64,000 nucleotides of DNA. It comes from Vicinamibacterales bacterium. GTDB taxonomy: Bacteria; Acidobacteriota; Vicinamibacteria; Vicinamibacterales; JAMQPK01. Position numbers and translations under genes: made by a program. Positions 28,587 to 37,552 of the stretch are shown piece by piece. The notes beneath the pieces were generated by a model, which did no database searches, was not told the DNA's origin, and was given only the letters and a program-made list of their open reading frames with translations. The DNA lies in NCBI GenBank assembly GCA_963730445.1, contig CAVSRX010000006.1, forward strand, positions 26,082 to 90,081. Direction: 5' to 3'. Numbering within the stretch: the stretch's first letter is position 1; each line of letters opens with the position of its first letter.

Positions 28587-29806
28587 ATGAATAGACGATC
28601 GCTGCTCACGATTGGCGCGAAGGCGGCTGCAGGCGTGGTGTTGTGTCCGCGCCTTCTCGATGCCGCTCCCAAATTGCGCGTCACCACGCTCGAGCTGTTG
28701 CCGATGCGCGCGACCGCTCGCACGGTGTGGCTGTTCGTTCGTCTCGGCACCGACGCCGGGCTGACAGGACTCGGCGAAGCGTCCGACGCGTTCGGGTTCG
28801 CCAACACGAGCCAGAAAAATGCGATGCAGATGGAGTCGGAGCTGCGCACGTTCTTCAAGCTCGCCGAAGGAAAGTCGCCGCTCGAGATCGCGCGCATACC
28901 GGCGAGAGGGAGAGCGGCTCGCGACCGGTCGAGGCTTGATTCCCGCGACGGCCTACAGCGCGATTGAGCAGGCGTTGTGGGATCTCGCTGGAAAAGCGCT
29001 CGATGTGCCGACCTACAGCCTGTTCGGCGGGAAGCGCGAGAGATACGCTGCCCGTGTACGCCAACGTGAATCGCGCGACGAACCCTCGCACGCCCGCAGG
29101 TTTCGCGGCCACTGCGCGCGCGGCGGTGAAAGAGGGATTCCGCGCGGTGAAGGCGGCGCCGTGGGACGGATTCCCTCCGCTCAGTTCGACGCCGGCCGTC
29201 ATTGACGCCGCAGCCGAGAACGGCATCGCGTGCGTCGCAGCGATGCGCGACGCCATCGGGCCCGACATCGAGCTGATGGTCGACTGCCACAGTTTTTTCG
29301 ACGTGCCGCTTGCCGAGCGCGTCGCGCGCAGGCTCGAGCCGCAGAAGCTTGCGTGGTACGAAGAGCCGGTGGCACCCGAGCGCACGGAAGAGACGCTCGA
29401 GATTCGCAAGCGCATTCAGCAGCCGATGGCGGGTGGAGAAATTCTGTTCGGCATCGCAGGTTTCGCGCCGCTGTGCCGCACGCGTGCGGTGCACGTGATT
29501 ATGCCCGACGTCAAACACTGCGGCGGCCTGCTCGAGCTCACTCGGATTGCGGCAATGGCCGAAGCGGACGGCGTGGAAGTGGCGCCGCACAATCCGAGCG
29601 GCCCCGTCTCTACCGCCGCGAGCGTCCAGGTGTGCGCGGTGTTGAAGAACTTCCGGCTCCTCGAGCTCCAGTGGGGCGAGGTCGACTGGCGACACGAAGT
29701 TCTGCAGCCGCACGAGCTGTTCGTGAAGGGCACCATCGCCGTGCCCGATCGCCCTGGCTTCGGCATCGAGCTGAACGATCGGGTCGTCAAGGCTCACCCG
29801 GTATAG
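28587..29806 (+). CDS. enolase-superfamily enzyme (mandelate racemase/muconate lactonizing family) with Tat-like signal; two frameshifts (about 28895, 29035)
   Basis: [19 protein letters not shown] (RR motif) ..[19 protein letters not shown] (ORF 28587). [32 protein letters not shown] (ORF 28819 frame). [51 protein letters not shown] (ORF 28964..29806). Confidence 0.8.
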
Positions 29807-29828
29807 GACCATCAAAAGGAGATCGCGT

Positions 29829-30447
29829 ATGCGCATCGCATTGGGTTTCGCGGCGGCCGCGTGCGTCACAACCGTGCTGTTGGCGCAGGGAAGAGTGAAT
29901 CCTACCGACCCGCAGCCGACCTGCAACATGTGCCCGGGAACCTACATCCCGCTGTCCGAGCTCGGCGCCTACACGAAGAAAGCGATGGCGGAGAAACTGA
30001 CCGACCAGCAGATGAGAGATATCGACATCGGCAAAGGCCATGTCGGCATCGCGATGGTGTATCGCCCACGTCTGGACAAGCCGTTGCCGAATTCGGTGGC
30101 GGAACACGATCTCGTCAGCGAGGTCTATCACATCATTTCAGGATCGGCCACGCTCGTCCTCGGCCCAGACATCGTCAACCGGCAGCGCCGCCCGGCGACA
30201 CTTCGCACCGTCGTCGAGTTCAACGGCCCGGGACACTGCCGGATCGGAGATTCGGAACGGAGTGGCGCACGAGATCAAGGCGGGCGACGTCGTCGTGATT
30301 CCAGCCGGCACCGGCCACTGGTTTACGAAGATCGACGATCACATCAACTACCTGATGGTCCGCATCGACCCCGACGAAGTGACGCCGCTCAAGAGCGAAG
30401 CGCAGTCGAGGGAATACCTGAGCAAGCCGGCGACGTGGGACAAGTAA
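29829..30447 (+). CDS. exported cupin domain protein; one frameshift near 30235
   Basis: Signal peptide MRIALGFAAAACVTTVLLAQG ..AEHDLVSEVYHIISGSATLVLG (ORF 29829 frame). Then GVAHEIKAGDVVVIPAGTGHWFTKIDDHINYLMVRIDP (ORF 30040..30447). Confidence 0.6.
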
Positions 30448-31730
30448 TCACACTCCGGCGTGAGCTCGGGAAGTGGGATCTCACCGCCATCGGCATCAAC
30501 CAGACGATCGGCAGCGCCATCTTCATCCTGCCGTCCCAGGTGGCCGCGCAAATCGGCACCTGGAGCCCGTTCGCATTTGTAGCCATCGGGCTCGCGTCGC
30601 TGCTCGTCGCGCTCTGCTTCGCCGAAGTAGGCAGCCGGTTCGAAAGGACCGGCGGACCGTATCTTTACACCCGCGCGGCCTTCGGGCGATTCGTCGGATT
30701 CGAGGTCGGGTGGATGCAGTGGGTGACGCGCGTGACCAGCCAGGCCGGCGTCGCGAATGGCATCGTGCTCGCCCTGGGTTTCTACTGGCCGGCCTTCACG
30801 GCGGGCGCTGTCCGTGCGACCACACTTGCGGCCATCACGCTCGCCATGGGATGGATCAACCTGCGCGGCATCCGCCTCAGTGCATTTGCGATCGACTTCT
30901 TCACGATTGCCAAACTGCTGCCGCTCGCGCTCTTCATCCTCGTCGGGCTCTGGTTCGTCGACGCCAGCCGCCTCTCGCCGTCGGGCGCGGTCTCGATGAC
31001 GCAGATCTCGACGGCGGCGCTCCTGTTGATTTTCGCGTTCGGCGGTTACGACGTCATCGGCGTACCGGCAGGTGAATCCGCGGATCCGCGCAAGCACCTG
31101 CCATTCGCGTTCGTCGCGACGATTCTCACCGTGACGGCCGTCATGACGATGGCCGACATCGTGGCGCTCGGCACGCTGCCGAATCTGGTGTCGTCGAGGA
31201 CACCGCTGGCCGATGCGTCGATGCTCTTCGTCGGCGCCGCCGGGGCGCTGATCATCAGCGCGGGATCGGTCGCGTCGATGACGGGCAACAACCTCGGCGG
31301 CACGCTGACCGGTTCGCGCATGCTCTTTGCACTCGCCGAGAACGGCGCGCTGCCGCAGTTCTTTGCGAAGATTCACCCGCGCTATCGCACGCCGTCGAAT
31401 GCCGTGATCTTCACGACCCTTGTGGCGCTGGTCCTTGCATTGTCGGGATCGTTCGTCATACTGGCGGTGGCCAGCGCGGTCGCGCGGCTTATCACTTATA
31501 CGGGCGCCTGCGCGGCGACGCTGCGGCTGCGCCATCCGCGTTTTCACGGCAGCGTCAATCCGGCCACATTTGTCATCCCGCTGGGTCCCGTGGTGCCGCT
31601 GCTGGCTATTGTCGTGTCGCTGCTAATTCTCGCCGGCGCCACGCGCGCACAGTTGCTCGGCGGCGCAGCCGGCCTTGCCGCAGGCGCGGTGCTGTTCGTG
31701 ATGAATGACAGATTTCGAGGTCCTGTATGA
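30435..31730 (+). CDS. APC family amino acid permease (second copy)
   Basis: GTG 30435 in the frame of ORF 29829..31730. (M)GQVITLRRELGKWDLTAIGINQTIGSAIFILPSQVA..CFAEVGSRFERTGGPYLY..FAFGGYD. About 12 TM segments. Confidence 0.85.
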   Translation: MGQVITLRRELGKWDLTAIGINQTIGSAIFILPSQVAAQIGTWSPFAFVAIGLASLLVALCFAEVGSRFERTGGPYLYTRAAFGRFVGFEVGWMQWVTRVTSQAGVANGIVLALGFYWPAFTAGAVRATTLAAITLAMGWINLRGIRLSAFAIDFFTIAKLLPLALFILVGLWFVDASRLSPSGAVSMTQISTAALLLIFAFGGYDVIGVPAGESADPRKHLPFAFVATILTVTAVMTMADIVALGTLPNLVSSRTPLADASMLFVGAAGALIISAGSVASMTGNNLGGTLTGSRMLFALAENGALPQFFAKIHPRYRTPSNAVIFTTLVALVLALSGSFVILAVASAVARLITYTGACAATLRLRHPRFHGSVNPATFVIPLGPVVPLLAIVVSLLILAGATRAQLLGGAAGLAAGAVLFVMNDRFRGPV

Positions 31731-31905
31731 TAAGATCCTCGCTCTATGACGCTGCGTAACATTCGCACGACGGCGAGTCTCCCTCCTTTCGGCCGCTAGC
31801 TTCGCTGGCTCCGAACGGGCCAGACTCTCACCAACAATCCACTTTCGTTTTCAGCGATAGCCAGGCGTTCGCGCGTGTACGCACGCGCGTGCGCAGGAGA
31901 AGATC

Positions 31906-32505
31906 ATGTCGACCATCGTCGTCGTAAAAAAGAATGGGCTTGCCGTCATCGCGGCGGACACGCTCACCTCATACGGGAGCCGCAGATTGTCGGTCGACAA
32001 TAATGCGAAGCCGGAAAAAATTATCCCTATACGGGATTCCTTTATCGGTGTGACCGGGAGCTCAGCCCACGTGTTAGTGCTCGAGCACTTGTTTGGCTCA
32101 CTCGAACAGGCACCGCAACTGTCGTCTCGGCAGGAGATCTTCGACTTGTTCCGGGGCGCGCATCCACGCCTGAAGCAGGATTACTTTCTCAATCCGAGAG
32201 AGGATGAACGTGCTCCGTACGAGTCGAACCAGATGGATTTGCTCATCGCGAATCGTCACGGGATCTTCGGGTGCTATTCATTGAGAGAGGTCTTTGAATA
32301 CGACCGGTTCTGGGCGACCGGCTCGGGGAGTGACTATGCGCTCGGCGCCATGCACGCGGTTTACGATCGCGACATGGATGCTCCGGAGATTGCCCAGACT
32401 GGCGTACGCGCCGCCATAGATTTCGACGAGGCATCCGGCGCGCCTATGATGCTGTATGCGGTGCCGCTTGCGGCCATCGAGCCAAGGGAGGTAGCGGTGA
32501 TTTGA
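31906..32505 (+). CDS. putative proteasome/HslV-like Ntn-hydrolase family protein
   Basis: 199-aa ORF after AGGAGA. MSTIVVVKKNGLAVIAADTLTSYG.. resembles the Thr-nucleophile N-terminus of HslV-type proteins, and ..FWATGSGSDYALGAM follows. Assignment is tentative. Confidence 0.5.
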   Translation: MSTIVVVKKNGLAVIAADTLTSYGSRRLSVDNNAKPEKIIPIRDSFIGVTGSSAHVLVLEHLFGSLEQAPQLSSRQEIFDLFRGAHPRLKQDYFLNPREDERAPYESNQMDLLIANRHGIFGCYSLREVFEYDRFWATGSGSDYALGAMHAVYDRDMDAPEIAQTGVRAAIDFDEASGAPMMLYAVPLAAIEPREVAVI

Positions 32506-32560
32506 GGATGGTGCGTCGAGACACGGGCGTGCCATCATCACACGAGCTCTTCTGGAGGAC

Positions 32561-32974
32561 GTGCCCATCATGCAGATCGCTCCGTACCTGAGCTTCAAGG
32601 GAGAGTGCGAGGAAGCGTTCAAGTTCTATGAGCGGTGTCTCGGCGGCCGGCTCGGAGCGATCTTCCGATACGCCGGGTCACCGATGGCGGATCAAGCTCC
32701 GGCCGGCTGGCAGGACAAGGTGATGCACGGCAGTGTGACGGTTGACGAGCTCGTGTTGATGGGTGCCGACATAGCGCCAGAGAGCTATGAGGCTCCCAAG
32801 GGCTTCACGCTTTCGATTCAAATCAAAGGCGTGGCTGACGCCGAGCGTATCTTCCGCGAACTGGCCAACGGCGGCAGGGTTGTCCTGGCGCTCGAGAAAA
32901 CGTTCTGGGCCGCGCGTTTTGGCATGCTCGTCGATCGCTTCGGCATCCCATGGCAGATCAACTGCGAGGAATGA
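32561..32974 (+). CDS. VOC family protein (PhnB-like)
   Basis: MQIAPYLSFKGECEEAFKFYERCLGG..VMHGSVTVDELVLMGADIAP..FWAARFGMLVDRFGIPWQINCE. Paralog of 7884..8298. Confidence 0.8.
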   Translation: MPIMQIAPYLSFKGECEEAFKFYERCLGGRLGAIFRYAGSPMADQAPAGWQDKVMHGSVTVDELVLMGADIAPESYEAPKGFTLSIQIKGVADAERIFRELANGGRVVLALEKTFWAARFGMLVDRFGIPWQINCEE

Positions 32975-33068
32975 AGCGAGCAAGACTTCCCTTTGCCTTC
33001 TGCGTATTTGCGGTGAGGCATGGAAGACTGTATTCGTCCCAAGGTAACATCCTGGGGAATCAACCGAT

Positions 33069-34821
33069 ATGAACCTGACCCATCGCCGCCTCATCACCTT
33101 GTTTGTTGCGATTCTGTGCGCCACGTCGTGCGCGTCATCCACGCCGCCGCCGCCACCCGCGAGCGTGCCATCCAGTAGCGCGGCGTTCGACGAGGTCTCG
33201 CGTGCCTTTCTCGAAGATGTCTATCAACGGCAACCGACATGGGCCACCTATCTCGGCATCCATAAGTACAACGATCGGCTCGACGATTACTCTCGCAAGG
33301 CCGTCGACGACGCCGTCGCGTCGGCGAAGCAGTTTCGCGGGCGTGTGGCCGCCATCGATGCGGCGTCGCTGCCGCTCGAGAAGCAGCTCGATCGCGAGCA
33401 GCTGCTGCGCGCGATCGACGCGCGGCTGTTGTCGCTCGAAGTCGTGCGGCCGTGGGCCGTCGATCCCGACTCCTACAGCAGCGGCCTCACGCGCACGGCC
33501 TACATCATGATCAAGCGCAATTTTGCGCCGCCCGACGATCGCCTGCGGCAGCTGATCGCGCGTGAGAAGGCGATGCCAGCGGCGCTTGCGCACGCGCGGA
33601 CGAATCTGCAGAACCCGCCGAAGATTTACACCGAGATCGCCATCGAGCAGATGGATGGCAACCGCGGGTTCTTCGAGACGGCCGTGGCCGCGGCGTTTCC
33701 AACCGTCACGGATAAAGCGCTGCTGGCAGAATTCAAGCAGGCGAATGACGCTGTCATCGCGGCGATGGTCGACTACAAGAAGTGGCTCCAGGACGATCTG
33801 CTGAAGCGCTCCAATGGAAACTTCGCCATCGGTGAGGAGACATACCGTAAGAAGCTCGCCGCCGACGAGATGATCGAGCTGCCGCTCGACGAGCTGCTTC
33901 AGATCGCCGAGCGCGATTTGCGGAAGAACCAGGCGGCGTTCACTGAAGCCGCGCGCGCCATCGATCCGAAGCGATCGGCGTTCCGCTGTGCTCAAGACGC
34001 TCGAAGCCGATCACCCTCCAGCGGAAAAACTGTTGTCGACGACGCAGGCCGAGCTGGATGCGCTGGGCCGCTTCATGACCGAGAAGCGTATCGTCACGAT
34101 TCCGAAGGCCGCGCCGGCGCGAGTGGAGGAGACGCCGCCGTTCCTGCGCGCCACGACCTCGGCATCGATGGATATTCCGGGGCCGTTCGAGACGGTGGCG
34201 ACCGAGGCGTACTACAACATGACGCTGCCCGATCCGAAGTTGTCGGCGGCGGAAAAGAACGAATTCATGACGCAGTGGTACTACCCGGCGATTTCGAATG
34301 TCTCGGTGCACGAAGTCTGGCCCGGACACTATCTGCAGTTTCTCTACGCGCGCAACTTTCCCTCTGATATTCGCAAAGTGCTCGGCGCCGCCACCAACAG
34401 CGAAGGATGGGCGCACTACTGCGAGCAGATGGTCATCGACGAGGGGTTTCACGCTGACGATCCGCGTTATCGCCTGGCCCAGGTTCAGGACGCGCTGCTC
34501 CGCGATGTGCGGTTCATCGTGGGCATCCGCCTGCACACCAGGGGCATGACCGTCGCGGAGGCGGAAGAGTTCTTCGTGAAGGAGGGCTACCAGTCGCGGC
34601 CCGTCGCGCGATCGGAGAGCAAGCGCGGCACATCGGACGCGACCTACGGTTACTACACCATGGGCAAGCTGATGATCCTGAAGCTCCGGGAGGATTACCG
34701 GGCGAAAATGGGCGCCCAGTTCTCGCTGCAGGATTTCCACGACGCATTCATCAAATTGGGGCCGCTGCCGCTGCCCCTCGTGCGCAAGGCGATGCTCGGC
34801 GAAAGCGGCGGACTGTTCTAG
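33069..34821 (+). CDS. DUF885 family lipoprotein/metallopeptidase-like protein; one frameshift near 33975
   Basis: ORF 33069 (lipobox LCATSCAS; ..YLGIHKYNDRLDDYS..) joins ORF 33988..34821 (..SVHEVWPGHYLQFLY..EGWAHYCEQM..YYTMGKLMILKLRE). Confidence 0.8.
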
Positions 34822-34862
34822 GTACTCCTGGCTTTTGGCTGTCCCTGCCACAGACTTTACTA

Positions 34863-35171
34863 TCTCGACACAGAGGCACGGAGGCACAGAGTTCGAAATC
34901 CGACACACGCCGAGTGGCCTTGTGCCCTGTGCGCCAGGGAACTCCGTGGCGCGCGTTGACGTGGCGCCGTAGGCGCCACCGGACAAAACACAAGGCACAA
35001 ACACAAGACCGTAGATCGAGTCGGTCTTGATGTTTGTACCTTGTGCTTTGTCCGACGATGGCCGCGCAGCGGCCATCGTGTCAACGCGTCGCCCGTGTCT
35101 CCGTGTTGAGGACAGCAAAGATCAACTGTCTCTTTGCTTTCCTCTGCGCCTCTGCGTCTCTGTGTCGAGAC
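34863..35171. repeat. gene-free nested imperfect palindrome of about 310 bp between convergent genes
   Basis: Outer arms 34863-34891 and 35141-35170 are reverse complements apart from 4 transitions. Central 31/32-nt arms are 34981-35011 and 35022-35053 with loop TAGATCGAGT. Side hairpins lie at 34961-34979 (8 bp) and 35055-35079 (11 bp perfect). See findings. Confidence 0.85.
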
Positions 35172-35225
35172 AGCGAGTGTCTGGTGCAGACGCGTTCAGA
35201 AATCTCCAATAATTCTCCTGCTCTT

Positions 35226-35993
35226 CTAGCGCGCTGACGTGTCAGCGCAGATGGCCGGCAGCACGTCGCCGATCCGCTGCTGAATCACCGCATCGGCCAT
35301 CGCGTCGAATTGCGTCGGCTCGGCATTAACGATCACGACGCGGGCGCCTGCCGCTTTTGCGCGCGGAACGGCGCCTGCCACCGGATACACCTGCAACGTG
35401 CTGCCGATGGCGAGCAATACGTCGGCTTCACCGGCCGCCTGCATCGCCCGATCGATCACCTCGGGCACGAGCGCCTGGCCGAACGAGATCGTGGCGCTCT
35501 TGAGTATCCCGTTGCAGTCCCTGCACGGCGGATCTTCTTCGCCGGCGCGCACGCGATCCAGCACCACCGGCATCGGCCCGCGGCTGCCGCAGCTCATGCA
35601 CACGTATTCGTGCACGGTGCCATGCACCTCGATGACCTTGTCTGGCGAGTTCCCAGCCTTCTGGTGCAGGCCGTCGATGTTCTGCGTGATCAGCGCGTGC
35701 AGCCGTCCGGCGCGCTCGAGATCGACCAGCGCGCGATGGCCGGCATTCGGTTGAGCGTGCCAGGCGGGATGATCCAGACGCTGCTGCCACGCCAGCTTGC
35801 GCACGTCTGGATCTGACATGTAGTAGTGGATGTTCGAGAGCTTCTCGGCCTTCGGATTTTTCGTCCAGATTCCCTGCGGACCGCGGAAATCTGGAACGCC
35901 GGATTCGGTCGAGATGCCTGCGCCGGTAAGCACGACGATGCGCCGTGATGCAGATACCCAGCGGCGTACCTGATCAATGTCATCCGTCATCAC
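35226..35993 (-). CDS. cobB: Sir2 family NAD-dependent protein deacylase
   Basis: Intact 255 aa. IVVLTGAGISTESGVPDFRGPQGIW, ITQNIDGLH, Zn ribbon CMSCG..CRDCNG, GSTLQVYP. Confidence 0.9.
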   Translation of the reverse strand: MMTDDIDQVRRWVSASRRIVVLTGAGISTESGVPDFRGPQGIWTKNPKAEKLSNIHYYMSDPDVRKLAWQQRLDHPAWHAQPNAGHRALVDLERAGRLHALITQNIDGLHQKAGNSPDKVIEVHGTVHEYVCMSCGSRGPMPVVLDRVRAGEEDPPCRDCNGILKSATISFGQALVPEVIDRAMQAAGEADVLLAIGSTLQVYPVAGAVPRAKAAGARVVIVNAEPTQFDAMADAVIQQRIGDVLPAICADTSAR

Positions 35994-36011
35994 GCCAGTC
36001 TATGACGAATA

Positions 36012-36046
36012 CTTAGCTTGTAGCTGGTGGCCTGTAACTTGTAGCC
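36012..36046 (+). repeat. left inverted-repeat arm (GTAGCYN heptamer words) of the cupin cassette
   Basis: CTTAGCTTGTAGCTGGTGGCCTGTAACTTGTAGCC. TAG/TAA at 36014, 36021, 36035 and 36042 (7-nt period). The reverse complement of 36737-36770 matches about 29 of 34 positions. Confidence 0.8.
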
Positions 36047-36053
36047 TTCGAGC

Positions 36054-36443
36054 ATGGAGAAAGTGAATCTCGCTCAGAAGCTGTCACAGATCGGAGAGTA
36101 CTGGCGACCCAAGGTCGTCGGCGAGCTCAACGGCCAGGAGGTGAAGCTCGTCAAATTCAAGGGCGAGTTCGTGTGGCATCATCACGAGCACGAGGACGAG
36201 CTCTTTCTCGTCGTGCGCGGCACGTTCCGTGTCGAGTTTCGCGACCGCGTCGTCACGCTCGCAGAAGGTGAATTCGTCATCGTCCCTCGGGGCGTCGAGC
36301 ACCGAACGGCTGCGGATGCTGAAGTCCACGTGCTGATCTTCGAGCCTGCGGCAACGCGGAACACCGGGAACATCGAGCATGAGACATTGACCGCGCCGAA
36401 TAGGTGGCGATCATTTGTAACAGTTTCATCCGGGAGGTTGTGA
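36054..36443 (+). CDS. cupin domain protein
   Basis: 129-aa ORF. YWRPKVVGELNGQEVKLVKFKGEFVWHHHEHEDELFLVVRGTFRVEF..EGEFVIVPRGVEHRT. Confidence 0.8.
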   Translation: MEKVNLAQKLSQIGEYWRPKVVGELNGQEVKLVKFKGEFVWHHHEHEDELFLVVRGTFRVEFRDRVVTLAEGEFVIVPRGVEHRTAADAEVHVLIFEPAATRNTGNIEHETLTAPNRWRSFVTVSSGRL

Positions 36444-36515
36444 TGTCTCTCGAAACGGACACCACGTTACAGAAGTCCCTCGAATTCCATTGACAGTATT
36501 CGCAAGCGCATTTAC

Positions 36516-36734
36516 ATGTCGGGCTGGATTGTTGTCGCGGTCACCATCGGGATGTACGCGCGCTTCGCATACCTTCAGCGGACTACGGACGACTTCGAGC
36601 GGCTGCTCAGCGCAGCGGTCTCCGCGTTGAGCTTCCTGATTGTGTGGGCCGCATTCGCAGTTATCATGTGCGTCATGCGGATGACCAAGCGAATTATGCG
36701 CGCGATTGAATTGTCGTCTCGCGCGCCGAGCTAG
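36516..36734 (+). CDS. small hypothetical membrane protein (2 TM)
   Basis: 72-aa ORF. GWIVVAVTIGMYARFAYL and LSFLIVWAAFAVIMCVM. G+C is lower than in the neighbours. No homolog recognised. Confidence 0.4.
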   Translation: MSGWIVVAVTIGMYARFAYLQRTTDDFERLLSAAVSALSFLIVWAAFAVIMCVMRMTKRIMRAIELSSRAPS

Positions 36735-36736
36735 CT

Positions 36737-36772
36737 GGCTACGAGCTACAGGCTACCAGCTACGAGCTACTA
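36737..36772 (-). repeat. right inverted-repeat arm of the cupin cassette
   Basis: GGCTACGAGCTACAGGCTACCAGCTACGAGCTAC. CTA at 36739, 36746, 36753, 36760 and 36767, which gives TAG on the minus strand at a 7-nt period. Confidence 0.8.
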
Positions 36773-36779
36773 TTGCCCT

Positions 36780-37319
36780 GTGGCCCTTACCGCAACGCTC
36801 TACAACTTCGACACCGAGCTCGCCGACATCGATCGCGGCGTGTACCAGACGCTCGCATTGCGGCTCGCCCGCCACCCATCGGAAACATCAGAATTCATGC
36901 TGACACGATTGCTCGCGTACTGCCTCGAGTACACCGAAGGCATCGAGTTCACCGATGGCGTCTCAGCCGGAGACGATCCGGCCGTATTGGTCCGCGACAT
37001 GACAGGCCGTATTACGGCGTGGATCGAAGTGGGAATGCCTGATGCCGCGCGACTTCATCGCGGCAGCAAGCTGGCGGGACGTGCGGCTGTGTACACGCAT
37101 CGCAACATCGCCAAGGTGCTGGAGGGCTTGAACGGCAAGCAGGTGCAGCGCGCGGCGGAGATTCCGGTCTACGAGTTCGGCGCCGGGTTCGTGGACGCCG
37201 TCGCGGCAGTGCTGCAGCGGCGCGAGAAAATCTCCGTGTCGATCACCGAGCGCCAACTGTATCTGGATGTCAGCGGGCAGACATTCAGCACGACGGTCGT
37301 GGAGCACAGATTTCGATAG
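36780..37319 (+). CDS. YaeQ family protein
   Basis: GTG start, 179 aa. ATLYNFDTELADIDRGVYQTLALRLARHPSETSEFMLTRLLAYCLEY..AWIEVG.PDA.RLH fits YaeQ. Confidence 0.85.
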   Translation: MALTATLYNFDTELADIDRGVYQTLALRLARHPSETSEFMLTRLLAYCLEYTEGIEFTDGVSAGDDPAVLVRDMTGRITAWIEVGMPDAARLHRGSKLAGRAAVYTHRNIAKVLEGLNGKQVQRAAEIPVYEFGAGFVDAVAAVLQRREKISVSITERQLYLDVSGQTFSTTVVEHRFR

Positions 37320-37365
37320 CGTCTCCGCAACATCAGTGTGCTATTGATAGGGTGAGCGCATTCGC

Positions 37366-37518
37366 ATGATTCGCAAGCTGGCGTCCGGCAAGTACCGCCT
37401 TTACTCCCGCAAGAAACATCCCCGCACGGGCAAGCGCCGCAATCTCGGCACCTTCAGCACTCGCGCTGCGGCGGAACGTCACGAGCGCGCCGTCCAGTTC
37501 TTCAAGCGCGGCGGTTAA
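37366..37518 (+). CDS. small conserved basic protein (50 aa)
   Basis: Own translation: MIRKLASGKYRLYSRKKHPRTGKRRNLGTFSTRAAAERHERAVQFFKRGG, stop TAA at 37516-37518. It is below the ORF-track length cut-off. It resembles a recurrent small protein family. Confidence 0.55.
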   Translation: MIRKLASGKYRLYSRKKHPRTGKRRNLGTFSTRAAAERHERAVQFFKRGG

Positions 37519-37552
37519 GACAATCATTTGACGTTGAAAGACGGAGGCACGC

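Noticed and set aside
27677-29929. 750-aa ORF on the minus strand opposite the sulfatase and enolase genes
   Set aside because: Shadow ORF of a high-GC region. The composition is Arg/Ala/His/Gly-rich with no family-like motifs, and it fully overlaps two well-supported + strand genes.
31863-31886. GCGCGTG-TACG-CACGCGC hairpin just upstream of the Ntn-hydrolase-like gene as a regulatory element
   Set aside because: It is a 7-bp GC-only stem in GC-rich DNA with no second copy or conserved flanks seen, so it is indistinguishable from chance.
34891-34902. GTTCGAAATCC, reminiscent of a tRNA T-arm/loop
   Set aside because: The flanks do not form a T-stem, and no acceptor, D or anticodon arms can be drawn. 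It lies inside the left half of the large palindrome.
36490-36518. TTGACA followed 16-17 nt later by TTACAT/TACATG as a promoter for the small membrane-protein gene
   Set aside because: The -10 candidate overlaps the ATG itself, so a transcript would start inside the ORF. I have no support beyond the hexamer.
36012-36772. Integron gene cassette / attC interpretation of the inverted-repeat-flanked modules
   Set aside because: There is no IntI-type integrase, no GTTRRRY/RYYYAAC core sites at the arm ends, repeats lie on both sides of the cassette rather than one attC at the 3' end, and the arms are periodic word arrays.
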